From assembly GCA_965235115.1 (NCBI GenBank), contig OZ249436.1:36644001-36708000 (forward strand): a stretch of 64,000 bases of DNA. The letters run 5' to 3'. Each line of letters starts with the position of its first letter. The first letter of the stretch is position 1. Positions 37,904 to 50,840 of the stretch are shown piece after piece. This stretch comes from Laetmonice hystrix. Lineage: Eukaryota. Under the pieces are notes generated by a model. The model worked only from the letters and a program-made list of their open reading frames with translations, was not told the origin of the DNA and ran no database searches. A program made the position numbers and the translations under genes.

Positions 37904-38282
37904 GGCCCGGCCACACAGCCCTTACGACCCGATCATCAGGCATAAACCAGCCAAGTCACCGACAGGTAAGGACGATTTCTTCGGCCCCATATTTTCCTGG
38001 CCGGTCAGACAGATTACGACGTGATTATCGGAATATCAGTGGCATTCAAAGCGGTCGACGAGAACGTCGTGTCAGGAACCCCATCCACAGAGGCCGATGA
38101 ACCTCCCGCTGAGCACTACCGACGGGATCGTCCTGTCATAGATGTTCAACATCTCAACATTCCCGACGCGACGAATCCATCGGCTGATATGGCCCGATGG
38201 GCATCGGCTGCCCTGGCCAGAGAGACCGAAGCACACCAACCGGATCGTCATAGAAGATCGCGTCGGACTGTGTGGCTGGGCC
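37904..38282. mobile_element. MITE with GGCCCGGCCACACAG termini (Harbinger-like)
   Basis: GGCCCGGCCACACAG...CTGTGTGGCTGGGCC. Confidence 0.65.
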
Positions 38283-39549
38283 CATCACCCCCCCCCCCTC
38301 CCCCGATCACCTCGATGACGCTCGATTGGTAGCATTGAAGGGAATCACCAATACATCTCCCAGACGAGGCATCAAGCATCCAGATGCACGAGTCGACCAG
38401 CGATGGAGCTCAGCCAAGTACTCGGCTCTCCACCACTTCCATATGCTCTGAAGAATGGTTTGCCGATGTTTCCACCTGCCAATCAGTCCAGACACCGGTG
38501 GTGGATTTGAAGATAGGAGGAAGTCTGCCGGATGTAATGGATGAGGATCATCTCGGGAGTCAGACAGGTAAGTGATAGGTCGTCTGTTGATGGCGCTCTC
38601 TGTTTGAGGGACAAGAGTCCCCAGCTCTTCAAACGTGAGACTGGATCTTCCTAGGCAACGACGGAAGGCCACTTTGATTCTAGTGTCTCCCAGAAACCAC
38701 CCTACCAAGGTGAATGTTCTGGGATAGTGATCCATTTGACTGAGGGCAACTGCTGCCTGGCCTGAATGAAGGATTTTGCATTGTCACTGGCAATAAACTC
38801 GCAAGCTCCACGACGGCTTATAAAATGCCGAAAGGCGTTGATCACTGCCTCGGCCGACCCATCAGGAGTCACCTTGACATGTAGAGCACGCGTACTACAG
38901 CATGTGAAGAGCAGAATGTAGGCTTTGCCTTCCCTAACATAGAACGGTCCACAGAAATCAATCCCTGAGCCATTGAAGGATGGTTTCTCCGCTACTCTCC
39001 ATTCTGGGAGAGCTAATGGTATTTGCAAATAGTGTGGAACCTTGTGGCGTTTGCACATTCGACAATCCCGTAATATGCGTTTCACGGTCTGACGCCCCCT
39101 GAGAATCCAGTATGATGTACGAACCTCTGAGAGAGTCAGGGTAACTCCTGCATGGAACAGGTGTTCATGACAGTTCAAAACGATGAGATATGTCAGGTGC
39201 GAGTCAGGAGGAAGAATCACTGGAGTGGAAGGGCTCGCGCGACATGATCTCCCGAGTGAGACGAGTAGTCCATCTGGCCCTAGGGGAGATTTCAGTAGAG
39301 GAACGTATACTTGTCATATCTTCCTGGAAGTGCACTTCCTGGGTGTGTTTGATCCAATGGATCTTCGTTCGCTCAAATTCTTGAGGTGATGGAGTGGGTA
39401 CTTGGTGTCCACTAGACGTAGTTAGAATGCAATGTCCAGTGGGCAGACGGATTTTGGACACCCAGCACATGACATAAGCCGCAATGCGAAGAACAGGACC
39501 AAGTCCGCTCCTCTGGCGTCAAAGAGTCAAAGAGGGGCTCAGGTCAATG

Positions 39550-39817
39550 TTTGATGGGAGGTTCTGTAAGGCTCAGCTGCCAACTGCTTTATCAAAGGCC
39601 GGCCGTGTCACGATGCGTCTATGTGGAACGGCACGTTAAAGATTCCTTGGAATCTATCGATAAGAGTAGGGGTTCGCCCCGTTGCCGGGTTTCCTCCTAT
39701 CATCTCATCATTATCACCCAATGGATTTCACCGACTGAGTTAGTTACCTTGTTCTCGCCCTGAAATAGCTGAATTACTGCTGACTGGACGTTAAACACCA
39801 ACTACTCACTCACTCAC
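39550..39817 (+). mobile_element. 5'-truncated SINE-like insertion in the BEL element
   Basis: 3' end ...GAAATAGCTGAATTACTGCTGACTGGACGTTAAACACCAACTACTCACTCACTC with an (ACTC)n tail. Confidence 0.6.
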
Positions 39818-39823
39818 AGTAAA

Positions 39824-40940
39824 GGCCCGGTCCCACTGTACTTACGGATGCAAAGAGTATGTAAAACGTAACAAAATCTTGCCATCCGTTGGAAAACGCT
39901 ATGCATCCGTTGTGTACCCATTGCATACGTGTTTCATACGCTCTATCCATCGAGCATCCGTCCACTGTGATTTCATCCGCGCAAAAAGTTTTGAGCTGCA
40001 CAAAACTTTTAAGGCCCGCGGTCCCACTGGCCGATGGACACAAAACGTATGCATAAAGCACACAGCGGACGAGCAAAATTTCGGGGCTCCATCCGTTTTC
40101 ATCCGCTCCAGAAATGGACAAAATTGGCGAAAATTTGCGAAAACAGAATGGAAAAGAACGGACGTGGGTAGTATGTAGCGAGGATGTTAAACGGATGTTC
40201 ATCGGAAGCCTAGCGGATGAAAGCGGATGGAAGTGGATGACAGTTTTGAATACTTTATATACGATATGCATACGCTTACATCCTTTCTATTTCCGTGCTA
40301 CTAACGATGTATAGACGTTCCATGTACCTTATCTTTCCTCCCTCTTTCCGTTTTCAGCTGCAGTGGATGTGAGTTGCGAGGATGCCCAGAGGATGCAGAG
40401 AGGATACAGCGGACATTTAACGGATGATAACGGACATAGAACGTTTGTTGCTTGTATATGTCGCGGATTTACATCGTACACGGCGGAAAGTTCATCCGTT
40501 TTTTGTGCAGCTCAAAACTTTTTGCACGGATGAAATCACAGTGGACGGATGCTCGATGGATAGAGCGTATGAAACACGTATGCAATGGGTACACAACGGA
40601 TGCATAGCGTTTTCCAACGGATGGCAAGATCTTTTTACGTTTTACATACTCTTTGCATCCGTAAGTGCAGTGGGACCGGGCCTAGAACGGATGAACTTTC
40701 CGCCGTGTACGATGTAAATCCGCGACATATACGAGCAACAAACGTTCTATGTCCGTTATCATCCGTTAAATGTCCACTGTATCCTCTCTGCATCCTCTGG
40801 GCATCCTCGCAACTCACATCCACTGCAGCTTGTCCATTTCCGGAGCGGATGAAAACGGATGGAGCCACCCCCGAAATTTTGCTCGTCTGCTGTGTCCTTT
40901 TTGCATACGTTTTGTGTCCATCGGCCAGTGGGACCGGGCC
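39824..40940. mobile_element. Two nested copies of one MITE family (GGCCCGGTCCCACTG TIRs), inner copy 40013-40682
   Basis: Four TIR ends (39824, 40013, 40682, 40940) and three long inverted segment pairs. Confidence 0.85.
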
Positions 40941-41338
40941 TTTAGGCTCAAGGTGCTAACTTTCTCACATCGTGTGAGGTGGAGGGCCACTATTGTTGTG
41001 AGATCCATTCAGGACCTTCCCACCAAAGTTTTGAGGAATTTGTTTTTTCCACAGTCAGATTTGCATGGGTGGCCAGGTCTGCAGGATTCTCGGGTATTCA
41101 CGTCGTGATCCCACGTCATCGGGGAGGCTAAAGTCTGGATCTCTCTGACACGACTTGTGATAAACACTTCGCTTTTGTTGTTGCTTTCCACTGGGGCTTT
41201 GATCCAGGCGATAGCGATGGCAGAGTCACTCCAACAGAAGTATGGTAGGTCGCTGTAGGCAGGGATTGCCTTTCCTACATGTGAAATGAGGCGTGCACCT
41301 ATGAGGCATCCTAAGAGTTCCAGTCGAGGTAGAGATAG

Positions 41339-42145
41339 TAGCGAGGTTAAGATCGCAACGGGAACGGGACGGCTAACGCGTAGCGTACGCAACGCCTAGA
41401 GCTGGCGTTTTGGACGTGAAGGAGGCCATTTTGACATACGCCTCAAACGTGTGGAGGGGTGTCACGCTAAAACATCGATTGTATGTGATCTACCATGGAT
41501 CGGCATTATTTATTGCTGTGTATAGTTCGTTCATTCATAGGATATTCAGTACCCTTTATCAATTAGCTGAGAAAATGCTACATGTTTGTCTAAATTTGAT
41601 GTGCAGTGGACATGCTTGGCGTTTGACCCAACACGTTTTCCTACCTTGAGTTGTGACTGGGCGTATGCCTACAAACACATGGGTGGATCATTAGGACGGG
41701 GGCAGTGGGGGCCTTATTTGGGGAAAGGGGAAATTTGGACCTTTTTCCATAGTTGACAGAAATCAACAAGCAAGCAACAACAAAAGATCTCGTGATGGGA
41801 TCTAGCTTTCGATGAGGGATTCGTGACGTCTTTACAGTGAAAATCCTGCCAAATTTATGTGTGGGCCTATAGGCTTATCTGTGCATTGGGGTTTAAGCGC
41901 ATGAATTATGACATACTTACTTGATGTTTATTTGCGAAGTACGACTAAGCCTATTCATATAAAAACGGAATTTTTCAATAGTTTGATTACTAATAGCCCC
42001 TAGTGATGATTCTTCAGTGTCATACACATCAGTTGAGGCTTCATCTGATCTTAACCCAAAAACGGCAACGGCAACGGCAACCGGTACGCCTATATATGCT
42101 TCCCGTTCCCGTACAAGTAGGCGTTCGCAAATCTTAACCTCTCTA
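41339..42145. mobile_element. Non-autonomous TIR element inserted in BEL RNase H region
   Basis: TAGCGAGGTTAAGAT...ATCTTAACCTCTCTA; splits AKTRVAPIKT|LSLPRLELLG. Confidence 0.75.
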
Positions 42146-43246
42146 TTGTCTTGATTGGGGCCACTCGGGTCTTGGCTGTGAGAAGGGAGGATCGATCATC
42201 TGTTGCCACGTACACAACTGCTGAATAGGCTTGTGGGCTGGCATCACTGTCACAGAAGACATGTAAGGCTGATGAATGTCTCCCAGGTGTAAGAACCCAT
42301 CGTTGAATCCTTACTTGGTCAAGCTTCTGTAGCTGTTTTCACGATTTCAGCTTCAGAGACCAGATCAGGGTCTGATACAGCTGCATCCCAGGAGAGGTAT
42401 GCTTTCCAGAGGCGTTGTTGAAGTAGGACTTTTCCTCTTAGCACAACTGGCGTGTGGAATCCAAGGGGGTCAAAAGCTTGAGCAAGGTTAGCAAGGATAA
42501 GTCTCTTTGTGAGTGTTGGAGTATCCTTCCACTGAACTGACCTGATAGAAAGACTATCTGTATAGATGTGTCCCACTGGACTCCCAGAATGGAGCATGTT
42601 GTTTCCTCTCGGGTATGAATACTCTGTTCCTGTAGTTGATCGATAACTTCAGAGGAATTACCGGCCCATTTGTGGAGTTACATTCCAGCTGCTCTCATGA
42701 TTTGAGTTGAAACAAGGATTTTCTCCACTGCTTAATCAACGGCGTTAGCCCCAGAGGCAAGGTCGTCGATATAGAATTTATCCCGGAGCTCATCTCGCAA
42801 CTCTGCTACATCAGGTGAGGCTGTGGAGGTACGAAGATGGTGACGTACGGTAGCGTTCAGAAGGAAGGGGCTAGATGACACTCCAAATGGCACATGGGTG
42901 AAACGAAACTCCTTGTCCTTCCAAAGAAAACGTAAGAGATCTCTGTCATCCTCCTGAATCTGGATTTGCAAGAAAGCTCACTGGAGGTCTGCCACGAATC
43001 CGTATTCTCATTGCCGAAATGAACGTCAACCAGATCAGGTATCAATGACGGACCGGTGAGTAAGCAGTTGTATAGTGAGATTCCATTGTGGTCTTTGGCA
43101 CTTGCATCAAAAACTGGCCTAAGCTTGTAGGTTGATGAGTGACCTTTTACCACTGGGCGATGTGGTAAGTAAATGAGAGAGCTCATATTGTATTGCTGCA
43201 TTGTAGTCAACCACAAGTTGGTAATTCACTGCCAACTTGTTGTTAA

Positions 43247-44333
43247 AGTTATGGTAAATTCCCGAATTTTCTCCAGTTCACACTGGTTTACACAGCCAAG
43301 CACTGTCACCCAAGATGCATTGCGCGAGACAAAAACGAGGCTCGCACCTGCACATAGACGGGGAGGGCTTTCCCAACAACATGCTGCGTGCTGGCTAGTA
43401 CTAAATCAATCAGTGAAGAAACGCAAGAAGTTTGCTCGGAATCGGGATAGATCGAAACGCCGAGTGTATATCGGGACTGCTTTTAATCGCTTGGTGAATT
43501 TAAGGGAAGTTCTTGGCTTTTGACAGCTTACAATGCTGGTGTTGCTCCGGTGCCTCCACAGGCACAGCTAACGTTGGCCGCCTAGTCTGCCCCTCGGTAG
43601 GCTACCGCCTGCCCCCTCGACCAGCTTTAAGGCAACGATCCAAGTAACATCATTCTTTTCATGTAGCTGGCCAACGTATGACTAGTCTATATGGCCGGTC
43701 AATCCAGACGCCACCCTCAGCGTCGTGCACGGTACGTGAGCACCTGTCAAGGAGTGTCATGCCGGTGGTGCAGGCGGGCGTGCCGAGGGAGATTGCAACC
43801 GGTGAAACCCTCGCACGCTGGATTGTCAACAGCAAAAAATATCACCCTTGGAGGCCCACTCGTCCCTCCCCCTCCTGTCTACATAATATGAATACGATAT
43901 ATGTACACTTAGTTCCACTTATCCCGAACTCGGTTAACCCGAACTTTCGGTTAACCCAAACTTTTTCTGATTTCCCCAAAAGTTCGGGTTAAGTGAAACT
44001 AACTGTATTTGTAATATAAAATACGAGTTAGATCTGGTGTACGTCTTTTGCATGATCGATATTTGGCTTGCTGGACGATAAGGACGCCATGCATCTTGTT
44101 TGGCTGCGTCATAAAGTCACGTGAGGGAATTCCCCTCAGTTCAAATCAAATGGTGGTTGAATCATAGCACGTTTTTCTTTCGATTGATCGCGATTTTCGG
44201 TTATACTGCAAGTAACACGCAGGTATTGCCCCTATTGGACATGGCAAATATTTGTACACGTCTTTGGTAACATGCAGGAAGTAATATTAGAAAATCGTTA
44301 AAATTTTCCTACATTCCACGCTATAATATGACT
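43247..44333. mobile_element. TTAA-flanked non-autonomous element (Kolobok-like AG...CT ends)
   Basis: TTAA at 43243-46 and 44334-37; excision restores the BEL frame AQGRLHHLNNKLAVNYQLVVDY. Confidence 0.75.
43904..44007. mobile_element. About 100-bp TA-flanked Tc1/mariner(pogo)-type MITE nested in the TTAA element
   Basis: TACACTTAGTTCCACTTA...TAAGTGAAACTAACTGTA. Confidence 0.6.
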
Positions 44334-45559
44334 TTAAGGTGATGGAGCCGTCCTTGCGCTTGTGCCTTGTTTGATGATAGGATAGGATGGTCAGGTTTCC
44401 AGGGCAACTTGACCTGATATCGTTCGCCTGTGAAGTGGATAGAAGCGTCAAACTGGTCGACTGCAATGTCATCATTGGAACGGAAACTTCTAGCGCAGAC
44501 ACTCCTATGCCCTCCAACTCCCAGAACCTGGCGACAGTTTCATCGGTCAGAGAGACTCCCTTGGCGACAACAAAGAAATTGTGGATCATGGTGTCATCTC
44601 GGGGAGTAACGTCCTTCTCAGAGACTATCCAGCCAAATGTGGACGTTACTGCTATTGGACAGTCGGGGGGGGGGGGGTCCCCTACGAACCTCTGAGCCTA
44701 CCGCCTCCCAGTAATAGTCAAGCTCGACTAGTATGCTGATTCCCAAGGCTGAGTGTTCGTTGGAGTCAGCTAGTTGGAGGTTACGTAGGTGTGGATAGTT
44801 TGTGAGCGGAAATAGTGTCAAAGGTGAAGGTAGTGATTCTCTCTGTCACTTTAGCTTCCACACTAAGCCTTCCTGATCCATGTTGGTTGTAGTGACGGTA
44901 GCAGAGGACGGCAGACTGGCGTGCAGCACTCAGTAGAGTTGCAGTGGGTGTGAGAGAAGATGTAGATGTAATGTCCCCCGTTCAGATTAGGAGATGCATT
45001 GTGGTTGAGTGAGGTTCGCTTAGTGACAGGGACGCCTTTCGAGCACAGTAACGGATGGTGCTCTGCTCCACAGATGAGACATGGGCGAGCTGATTCACAT
45101 TTACTTTCATGATGTGGACCAAGGCACTTGAAGCAACGTTTGTCCTTCCGGATCAGCGCTTGGACTTTAGATGGAGAAAACTGAGCTGAATTCCTACATC
45201 TGTCAGGATGATGATGATAGTTACAGAAAGGGCATGGAGGCGGACCCTTCTGCTGAGTACCCAGCCCACTATGTAAGACGGCCGTAGGTGCGGGTTGCTT
45301 GGGAAGTGAAGATTTTGACTTGTTAGGGTGCTCCCTGTCATAATTATTCTTCCTTTGTGATGGTGTCTTGCTTATAGGTATCTCAGTTTCCGTTTCTGGT
45401 CGTTTAAAGGAAGAAGCAGACTCGTATATCTCAACCTCCTCTTTGAGGAATTGTAGAAACAATGTGAGTCTGTTGGGACGAGGCTCTGCCCCATCTGCAC
45501 CGGTCGACTTCTGCGATCGTTCGCCTTTGCTAAAGACGTCTTAGTGGAACGCACCCCAG

Positions 45560-47180
45560 GTATCAGCACCTTTTATAGGATATGCTGACTACAGTGGAGA
45601 CAGATGCAAGCCATAGAGGATTAGGTGCTGTTCTGTCCCAACAAGAACATCAACCTATTGTGATTGCTCATGCAAGCTGTTCATTGAAACCACGTGAGAA
45701 GAGCATGGAGAACTAATTAAGCAGCATGAAGCATGAGTTGTTAGGCCTACACTGGACGTTGACAGTAAAGTTCAGAGACTTGCTGCTTGGAGCCAAGACT
45801 AGAGTGTACACAGAAATAATCCTTTGGGCATGTCAACATCAAAGCTTGGCGCACTGGAAACAAGATGGGCATCTGCAGAGCAGGCACAGTTCGATCTGGA
45901 AATTCTTTATCGCTCCGGGAAACAGAATGCAAATGCCGGTGCTCTCAGCAGAAAAAAAAGAACATGGCCCAGACCATGAAGCTGTGAGAGTGGAGGAACT
46001 TGTCTTGCAAACATATTTGTCAAACAGACAGGAAAGGGACCCCACAATTGGTCGACTGAAATTAAGTCCTATTGGCAAGGTGGCATGGAAACATGTCAGG
46101 GACGAGGAGGATGCAGTCGGCTCTCCCTCGACAGATGGCAGATCATGTCTTGGCCGTAATGGTCAGGTCGCCATTTTTGAAAGTAGTCACATAACAAAAC
46201 AAACCCATGTGCTTTCCACAGCTGCCACCTTGGCCTTTGGCGCTATAAAAAACAAATTCTAGTGGGTGTTCACGGAAGGGACGGTGATCAGAGTTAAATG
46301 TGAAATAACGTCCTCCTTCGTATCTCGCCGAGACTGCCTCACCAGTTTCCAAGCGCTTCGCGCTAGCAGTAGCAGCGGCCCCTGTCGCCGCTGTCGGTGG
46401 CTGTGACTGAGTCTGAGTCAGCGAGTGTGTGGGCGGTGTGGCCCAGCCGATGAAACGAATGGAGGCATAAGCCATTTCCGAGTTCAGCATATTTCCCTCT
46501 GTTTTGGTTTAACTGCCGCGACTTTCCTTTGGTTATCGGACAGTTTTCAAGTGCATAATGCAAACACTCATCAACCGCTGCCATAATACGCTGTAGGGAT
46601 TACTTGGTCAGCGCGCATTGTGCCCCCCTGCCTGCTTACTCAGTATTCACTGGCGCCGCATCACAAAGTCACACAAATCTGTCCATTACACCCGAGGTGA
46701 AAATCCGAACCCAGCGGAAGCTGACGGACTTTCCCGACGGTTCCCGAATGGAGGAGGATGGTATACTGTAGCGAGCAATTAGGGGTGCAGGAAAGGAGTT
46801 CAGACAGTTAGGCTACTCATCCCTGAGCTCCTAAGGAACACAGTGATTAACCTGTGCATGATTAAATGGGACATCAAGTGTTGAGACAACTTTGACAGTG
46901 GCACAGTCAAGATGCTATCGGCCATATATGGCCAGGGACGTCGAGAAGTATTGTCAACGTTGTATGACGTGTACCCTTTCAAAGGCAGGGAAGAAAGTGC
47001 ATACCAAGATGGGTCACCGGCCAAGAAACCCCTTGAAGTATTGGCAATGGATTTCACCTGACTGGAACCAGGCAAGGGAGGAAAGGAGGATGTGCTTCTG
47101 CTAATGGATATTTTCACAAAGTACAGTCTGTTTCGACTAAAGACCAAAAAGCCAAGAACCGTAGCAAAGGCTCTGGTAGA
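45560..47180 (+). mobile_element. Ty3/Gypsy pol remnant (RNase H, integrase), interrupted about 46140-46745
   Basis: ETDASHRGLGAVLSQ..IAHAS.SL..KHELLGL..KFRDLLLG; MARDVEKYCQRCMTC; PLEVLAMDFT..MDIFTKY; stops and frameshifts. Confidence 0.85.
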
Positions 47181-50100
47181 CTAATTTCCCGACATGAGAA
47201 GTTTATAGGTGACTGATTTTTACGATTGGTCATGGTGTTGATCATGGTAGGCATAGAATTTCGGCCTACTACGAGTCTTTAAAAAAGTTAAACTGATCGA
47301 CTGTGCAGTCGTCAATGGGTCCTGGCATAGACAGGAAAATTGCGGCAGTCATAAAATAAAACAAATATGGCACTTGGTATCGTGCACTATGAAAATTTAT
47401 GGCACGATGGCAACTGATATTGCACGACGCGAAGCTATATGGAACAAAATGACAAAAGCGACAAAAGGACCCATAGGCTAGGTGCATGGGGCTGGTCAGA
47501 CTGACTACTCCTTTAGCTTTGGCTACGGAGTAGGCTAAGCTACGGAGTATAAATGGGATCTCTTCCTTCAGGCCCACTTTGACTTTGCATATGCGCCGGA
47601 ATTTAAGGATATTGAGGGGGGGGGGGGGGGCAAAGACCAAATCATAGCGTTCCAAGTTCCAAGATTTGAAATGGATTGGAAATAGGCCTGACGCGTTTCC
47701 TTGGCATCTGGGAACACAATCTAGGCCCTCTGACGCGTGTCTGACCATCTCCCGCCACCTTTGAGCTGGGGGGGGGGGGGGGGGGGCAAAACTATAGGCC
47801 AATTGCAAGCTTGCCCCCCCCTGGCAGCTTTTGAGCTGAGGGGTAACAGCCCCCCCCCCCCCCCCCCCATTCCGGCGCTTATGCTGTTTGAGACATTTTA
47901 GGGTAGGGGACCTACACGAAATCCCTATCATTCTGCCCTTCTCGTCCCATGTGCATGATGTTCTCTGAAAAAATGTAGTTTCCCCGGCCTAGGCTAGGCC
48001 TATTAGGCGGCCTACCGAGATAGGCCTAATTAGATCTACATAATTTAGGCCTAGATCTATATTTTGCTCCATTTTGCCAACTAGATCTAAAACTGTATCC
48101 TCACTGGACGCGCGCGACGCGTGCGATGTAAATAGAAAATAGAACCTAGATCCGTCACAAAAAAATGCCTCGCGCGTCGCGTCGCTCGCGTCCGGTGAGG
48201 ATGTGGCTTAAAATAGCACTGTGCATCGTGGATCAATTTTTCTAGATTTCTAAGGGGGGTTGCAACCCCCAAAACCCCCCTCTGGATCCGGCCCTGCCGG
48301 GCCCTGCCCTACCTATCCTGAATTTCTAACGTTAGCGGGCCCAAAGCCACGCGGCAAAGGCAAAAACAGAACGATGATTTTCTCAATTTGTGTCGTGGCA
48401 CCAGAATTTGCCTGCCTGAACTGGATGGAACTGGGAACCACAAAAGTTACTCATCCCTCTGCAATAAGATGCATCCGTAATGGTGCGATCAACGGAGCTA
48501 TATTATCGCTGGGTGAAACAGTCTGTTGAATCGTTGTGCTTCAAAAATGTCAAGTCTTAGAACAATCAAATATTTAGAAAATGCCGTTGCATCTGACATG
48601 AACCGGAAGTCAGTATCCCCACTTCTGTGACTAGGCCCACATGATCAATCACTGAAACAGCACCATAGTACTTTGGATACACGACTTATTTAACCTCTTA
48701 CCTGTTAAGTTTCGAGTCGACTGCGTTCTTAAATACATGTATAGTAAGACTCCATTAAAATGTTTATGATTCACCTTTTACTTCCCTTTCTAATGTGAAT
48801 GCTTCTTGAATGTGAAAGTACTAAAGTGAGGGTTGGCTTGCAGTGCGGACGTGACGGAGGCTGCTTTGACCGACTCCGCCTGGTGATGTGTAGTTGAGCC
48901 TGGGAATGAAGCATGAGACGAGGTCTGTCGGCGAGGTCCTCCAGGATTTCCACGTTAAGGCATAGTTAAAGGTGTCGCTTTTGTTGATTTTATGCATATT
49001 GCACCGTATTAGCTCACATCCCATGAGAAAGTAACCGGTTTATTATTGGAACTTTAACAAATTCTTTGACATCGTTGTGAAAAAGCATCAGCTTAGCCCT
49101 AACGTTAACTATTTTCGAGGGGTGCAGAGAATGTGGTCTCACATCACTGTCTTTATTGTTTATAGTACATGTATATCCAAACGGTCCTTTGTCAGATCTA
49201 TAGAGTATAGTTCGTAATCACACTGTTACCTGGCGGCAGGTGTTGGCATGTCGAGATGTTCCAACTACAGTAAACTGTACATTGCAAACTGCAAAGTCCA
49301 TCTAAATCTTAAGTTATGCATCATTCGTTGTATGATGACCAGGTTTTCAATTTTAAAATTTCAAAAAAATCTTGGATCCACCCTATCCATGGTTATGCCT
49401 ATCGTGACAACCGATCATAGGGACGGTTAGTTCAGTTTCTAAACGGTGTCTTCCAGTCTAGTTCCAGAACGTTTAGTTGTCAAGTTACCCTGGCTCAGCG
49501 ATTCTTGGACGCTCTGCAAAGAGGTCTGTTATCGCAACTTTGTGGCCTTTTTTGTTTGTTTTGGTACCGATACTAAACTTTTTCCACTGAGCATGAAATC
49601 CATTTTTATAGAGAGCCAGGTATTGAAATTTCTATAACAACCGTTATAATGAGGCCTATTGAACAAATATAACGTTGATACGGTCTGGTTGTTTACGAGC
49701 ATGTCGGGTGCGTCATGACGTACTTATAATGCGGTCCATTCCAGATCCATATAGAGGTCGGAAATGCGCACACCGGATAAACTGGGTCAGCCCACGTTGA
49801 CCGCGCTGCGCTGTATTTGAACAGACAAACTGGGAATTTCACCTCCTAAGATAACATCCAACAAAATACATTCACGTAGATCTGTCAAGAGGACAACTTG
49901 AGGTACCCTCTTTTGTGTACAAAAGATGGAACCCTCCCCTAAGGCCAATTCTGGGTACAGGCCTGAGATTCAGGCATCAAAATTACCGGGAGCCCGGGAG
50001 GTATTTTCATCATTCTTTAGATTGATGCAAGATTGTTGAGAATAACAAAGTCAGTAGGGGCCTATATTGGGGGGGGGGGGATGTCTGTAGATTCCGGTTG

Positions 50101-50840
50101 ACGTATATCATCAAGGCAGTGCTGATTTTCATACATTTTCCAACTTTTCCCAACTCTGCATTAGTCGTAAAATTCCGGGCCCCCAGATTTCTTGCCGGGC
50201 TCCCAGATTTCAAATTCTGGGAGCCCGGCTGGCTCCCAGATTTTTTGTCCTAATTTCTAACCCTGAGATTGATAGTCTTGTGGGTTTTTAGAACTTGCTA
50301 GGGGTATTACGTGTGTTTGCTATTTCAATTTTTGTGTGCAGGCCTACACCTAAAATGCTTTTCATTCCTAATTCACAAGCATTAACCAGAACATGGGTAA
50401 CTACGATCCATGTGAAGTATTTGTACTCAACAGGGGTCACAATGTGAAGTTGTATAATGATTAAAATTGGTCTATTTTCTTGTTTTATGCAGAGATATGC
50501 CAACATGAATTTTTATAACAAAATGCAAATCTTGAAAGATTTTTACTATTTTCGGTTGTACATAGCAGGTTGGCAGGTTTGTAATGAGTAAGTAGCTACC
50601 TGGTACTTAAGTGTATTATGGTAGTAGCTAGTAGGGAAGGGGAAATGGGCAGTGTTCCCAAGTTGGTGATTCAATTTTTTGACAAGTAGGCACCCTTTTA
50701 AAAAGAAATTTATGTTCTTAATGACACATGCACTCAGAACGTCAAACTTCCCTGCCCCCCCTCACAAAAAAATATTATAAGTACATGTTACATTTCCTTC
50801 TTTCAGACAATTCTACTGCAGAAGTGAATCCAAGGACGCA

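Larger units (their letters stand above)
38300..45465 (-). mobile_element. Degenerate BEL/Pao LTR retrotransposon (gag zinc knuckles, RT, RNase H, integrase) split by insertions
   Basis: Gag CPFCNYHHHPDRC/CFKCLGPHHESKC/CLICGAEHHPLLC; RFWELE; YLPHRPV..KLRPVFDAS; VPFGVSSSPFLL; FYIDD; FDPLG; LPRLELLG; WWEGPEW; integrase H..FHAG..C..C, GIDFCGP, SDNAKSF. Many stops and frameshifts; no LTRs seen. Confidence 0.92.

Noticed and set aside
38021..38332. 103-aa plus-strand ORF
   Set aside because: Lies almost entirely inside a TIR-bounded MITE; no recognisable domain
39810..41108. Cluster of similar ORFs on both strands
   Set aside because: Produced by the nested inverted MITE copies
47269..47931. 220-aa minus-strand ORF
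   Set aside because: Runs through G/C homopolymer-rich repeat sequence; no domain signal
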